This document shows, in pieces, positions 62,791 to 64,000 of a DNA stretch of 64,000 bases. Position 1 is the first letter of the stretch; each line of letters opens with the position of its first letter. The position numbers and the translations under genes were made by a program. The notes below the pieces were generated by a model that worked only from the letters and a program-made list of their open reading frames with translations, had not been told where the DNA came from and searched no databases. The DNA comes from Torpedo marmorata (taxonomy: Eukaryota), in the NCBI GenBank assembly GCA_977017645.1, contig OZ360246.1:54808001-54872000 (forward strand), read 5' to 3'.

Positions 62791-64000
62791 TGCATTGGTC
62801 AGAGACTGCAATTCCAGATGTGGTCGCGGCTCTGTCCTGCTCTGGTCAGTCATTGCAATTCCAGTATTGCACCATGGCTCTGTGCTGCTCTGGTCAGGCA
62901 CTGCAATTCCAGTTGTGGCCCCCCGGTTCGCTGCTGCTTTGGTCAGACACTACAATTCCAGATATCCCCCGGCTCTGCGCTGCATTGGTCAGAGTGCAAT
63001 TCCAGATGTGGCCCCGGCTCTGCCCTGCTCTGGTCAGTCACTGCAATTCCAGATGCGTCCCCCAACTCTGCACTGCTCTGGCCAGGCACTGCAGTTCCAG
63101 GTGTGCCCCCACGCGGCTCTGTGGTATATTGGTCAGTCACTGCAATTCCAGAGGAGACACTCGACTCTGCACCTCGCTGATCAGTCACAGCAATTCCAGA
63201 TGTGTCCCCCAGCTCTGCACTGCTCTGGCCAGGCACTGCAGTTCCAGGTGTGCCCCCACCCGGATCTGTGGTATATTGGTCAGTCACTGCAATTCCAGAG
63301 GTGACCCTCGGTTCTGCATTGCACTGGTCAAGCACTGCAATTCCAGATATGGACCCGGCTCTGTGCTGCTCTGGTCAGGCGTGACAAATCGAGACCTCCC
63401 CCCCCCCAGCTCAGCACTGCACTAGTCAGAGGCTGCAAATCTAGATGTCGCTCCGGCTCTTCGCTGCTCTGGTGAGTCACTGCAATTCACATGTGCCCCC
63501 GGCTCTGCGCTGCTCTGGTCATACACTGCAATTTTCAGATGTGGGCCGCCGGCTCTGTGCTGCTCAGGTTTGGCACTACAATTCCAGATGTGACACCCCG
63601 GCTCTGCGCTGCTCTGGTCAGAGACTTCAATTCCAGATGTGACCCGGCTCTGCGCTGCTCTGCTCAGGCACAACAATTCCAGATGTGTCACTGGCTCTGC
63701 ATTGTTCTGGTCGGGCACCGCAATTCAAGATGTCTCCCACGGCTCTTCGCTGCTCTGGTCAGGCACTGCAGTTCCAGATGTGCCAACCCGGCTCTGCGCT
63801 GCACAGGTCAGTCACTGCAATTACAGATGTGCCCCCGGCTGTGCTGCTCTGGTCAGACACTGCAGTTCCAGATGTGGCCCCCCGGTTCTCTGCTGCTTCG
63901 GTCAGACACTACAATTCCAGATATACCCCGGCTCGGCGCTGCATTTATCACAGTGCAATTCCAGATGTGGCCCCGGCTCTGCCCTGCTCTGGTCAGTCAC
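60590..64000 (+). repeat. Higher-order tandem duplication, period 2195 bp (second copy cut by the window end)
   Basis: tggtcgcgg at 60626 and 62821; ORF offsets 60748/62943 and 61227/63422. Confidence 0.9.

Larger units (their letters stand above)
6501..64000 (+). repeat. Giant tandem satellite/minisatellite, ~47-48-bp monomer (variants of roughly 41-55 bp), >57 kb, running off the window end
   Basis: The core ctgcaattccagatgtg and the flank ggctctg(cg/tg/ca)ctgctctggtcag recur head-to-tail throughout. An exact 48-bp period is seen at CAGATG 6991/7039/7087. No inversion or foreign insertion was noticed. Confidence 0.98.

Noticed and set aside
6424-63718. Hundreds of Cys/Leu/Ser-rich ORFs (up to ~450 aa) as protein-coding genes
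   Set aside because: They overlap in all frames, cycle between three repeat-derived peptides as monomer length shifts, and show no domain or exon structure.
6501-64000. CRISPR-like array (constant core plus variable segment)
   Set aside because: The variable parts are only a few bases long and homologous to each other, not unique spacers. No cas genes are present and the context is vertebrate.
6501-64000. Recombination signal sequences, or CTCF/REST site arrays in the monomer
   Set aside because: CACTGCA only loosely resembles the CACAGTG heptamer and no nonamer is present. TGCAATTCC resembles the CTCF upstream module but the AGRKGGC core is absent. Only an RE1 half-site-like TCAGCAC occurs in some units.
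6501-64000. Tandem miRNA, tRNA or snoRNA cluster
   Set aside because: Units are too short and show only brief self-complementarity (CCAGA/TCTGG). No Pol III boxes or conserved long hairpins were seen.

Overview
Vertebrate genomic DNA, most likely from a cartilaginous fish (ray or shark), judged from tRNA-derived V-domain SINEs and CR1/Rex1-type LINE ends. It has three zones. (1) 1-5600 is AT-rich, probably intronic DNA with degraded retroelements: two divergently oriented V-SINEs, a nested pair of Rex1/Babar-type LINE ends, a CR1 3' end and a Vingi/Ingi-like RT relic. (2) About 5620-6490 is a CpG island holding a minus-strand 52-nt first coding exon (MAIFWIVWLLPAAGALE+G, a signal peptide with a phase-1 donor). 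Its layout resembles exon 1 of EphB receptor kinases, EPHB4 in particular. (3) From about 6500 to beyond the window end runs one uninterrupted, single-orientation satellite of ~47-48-bp monomers (consensus ~GGCTCTGCGCTGCTCTGGTCAGGCACTGCAATTCCAGATGTGCCCC(C); roughly 1,200 copies estimated from length). The array starts only ~300 bp upstream of the candidate ATG. It contains nested higher-order duplications (about 4.88, 2.28, 2.24, 0.28, 1.73, 2.76, 4.0 and 2.2 kb), ordered strings of variant monomers, a clear CpG-deamination signature and a conserved CAGATG E-box in most units. Nearly all ORFs listed after 6500 are by-products of the repeat. No function for the array can be proven from sequence alone.
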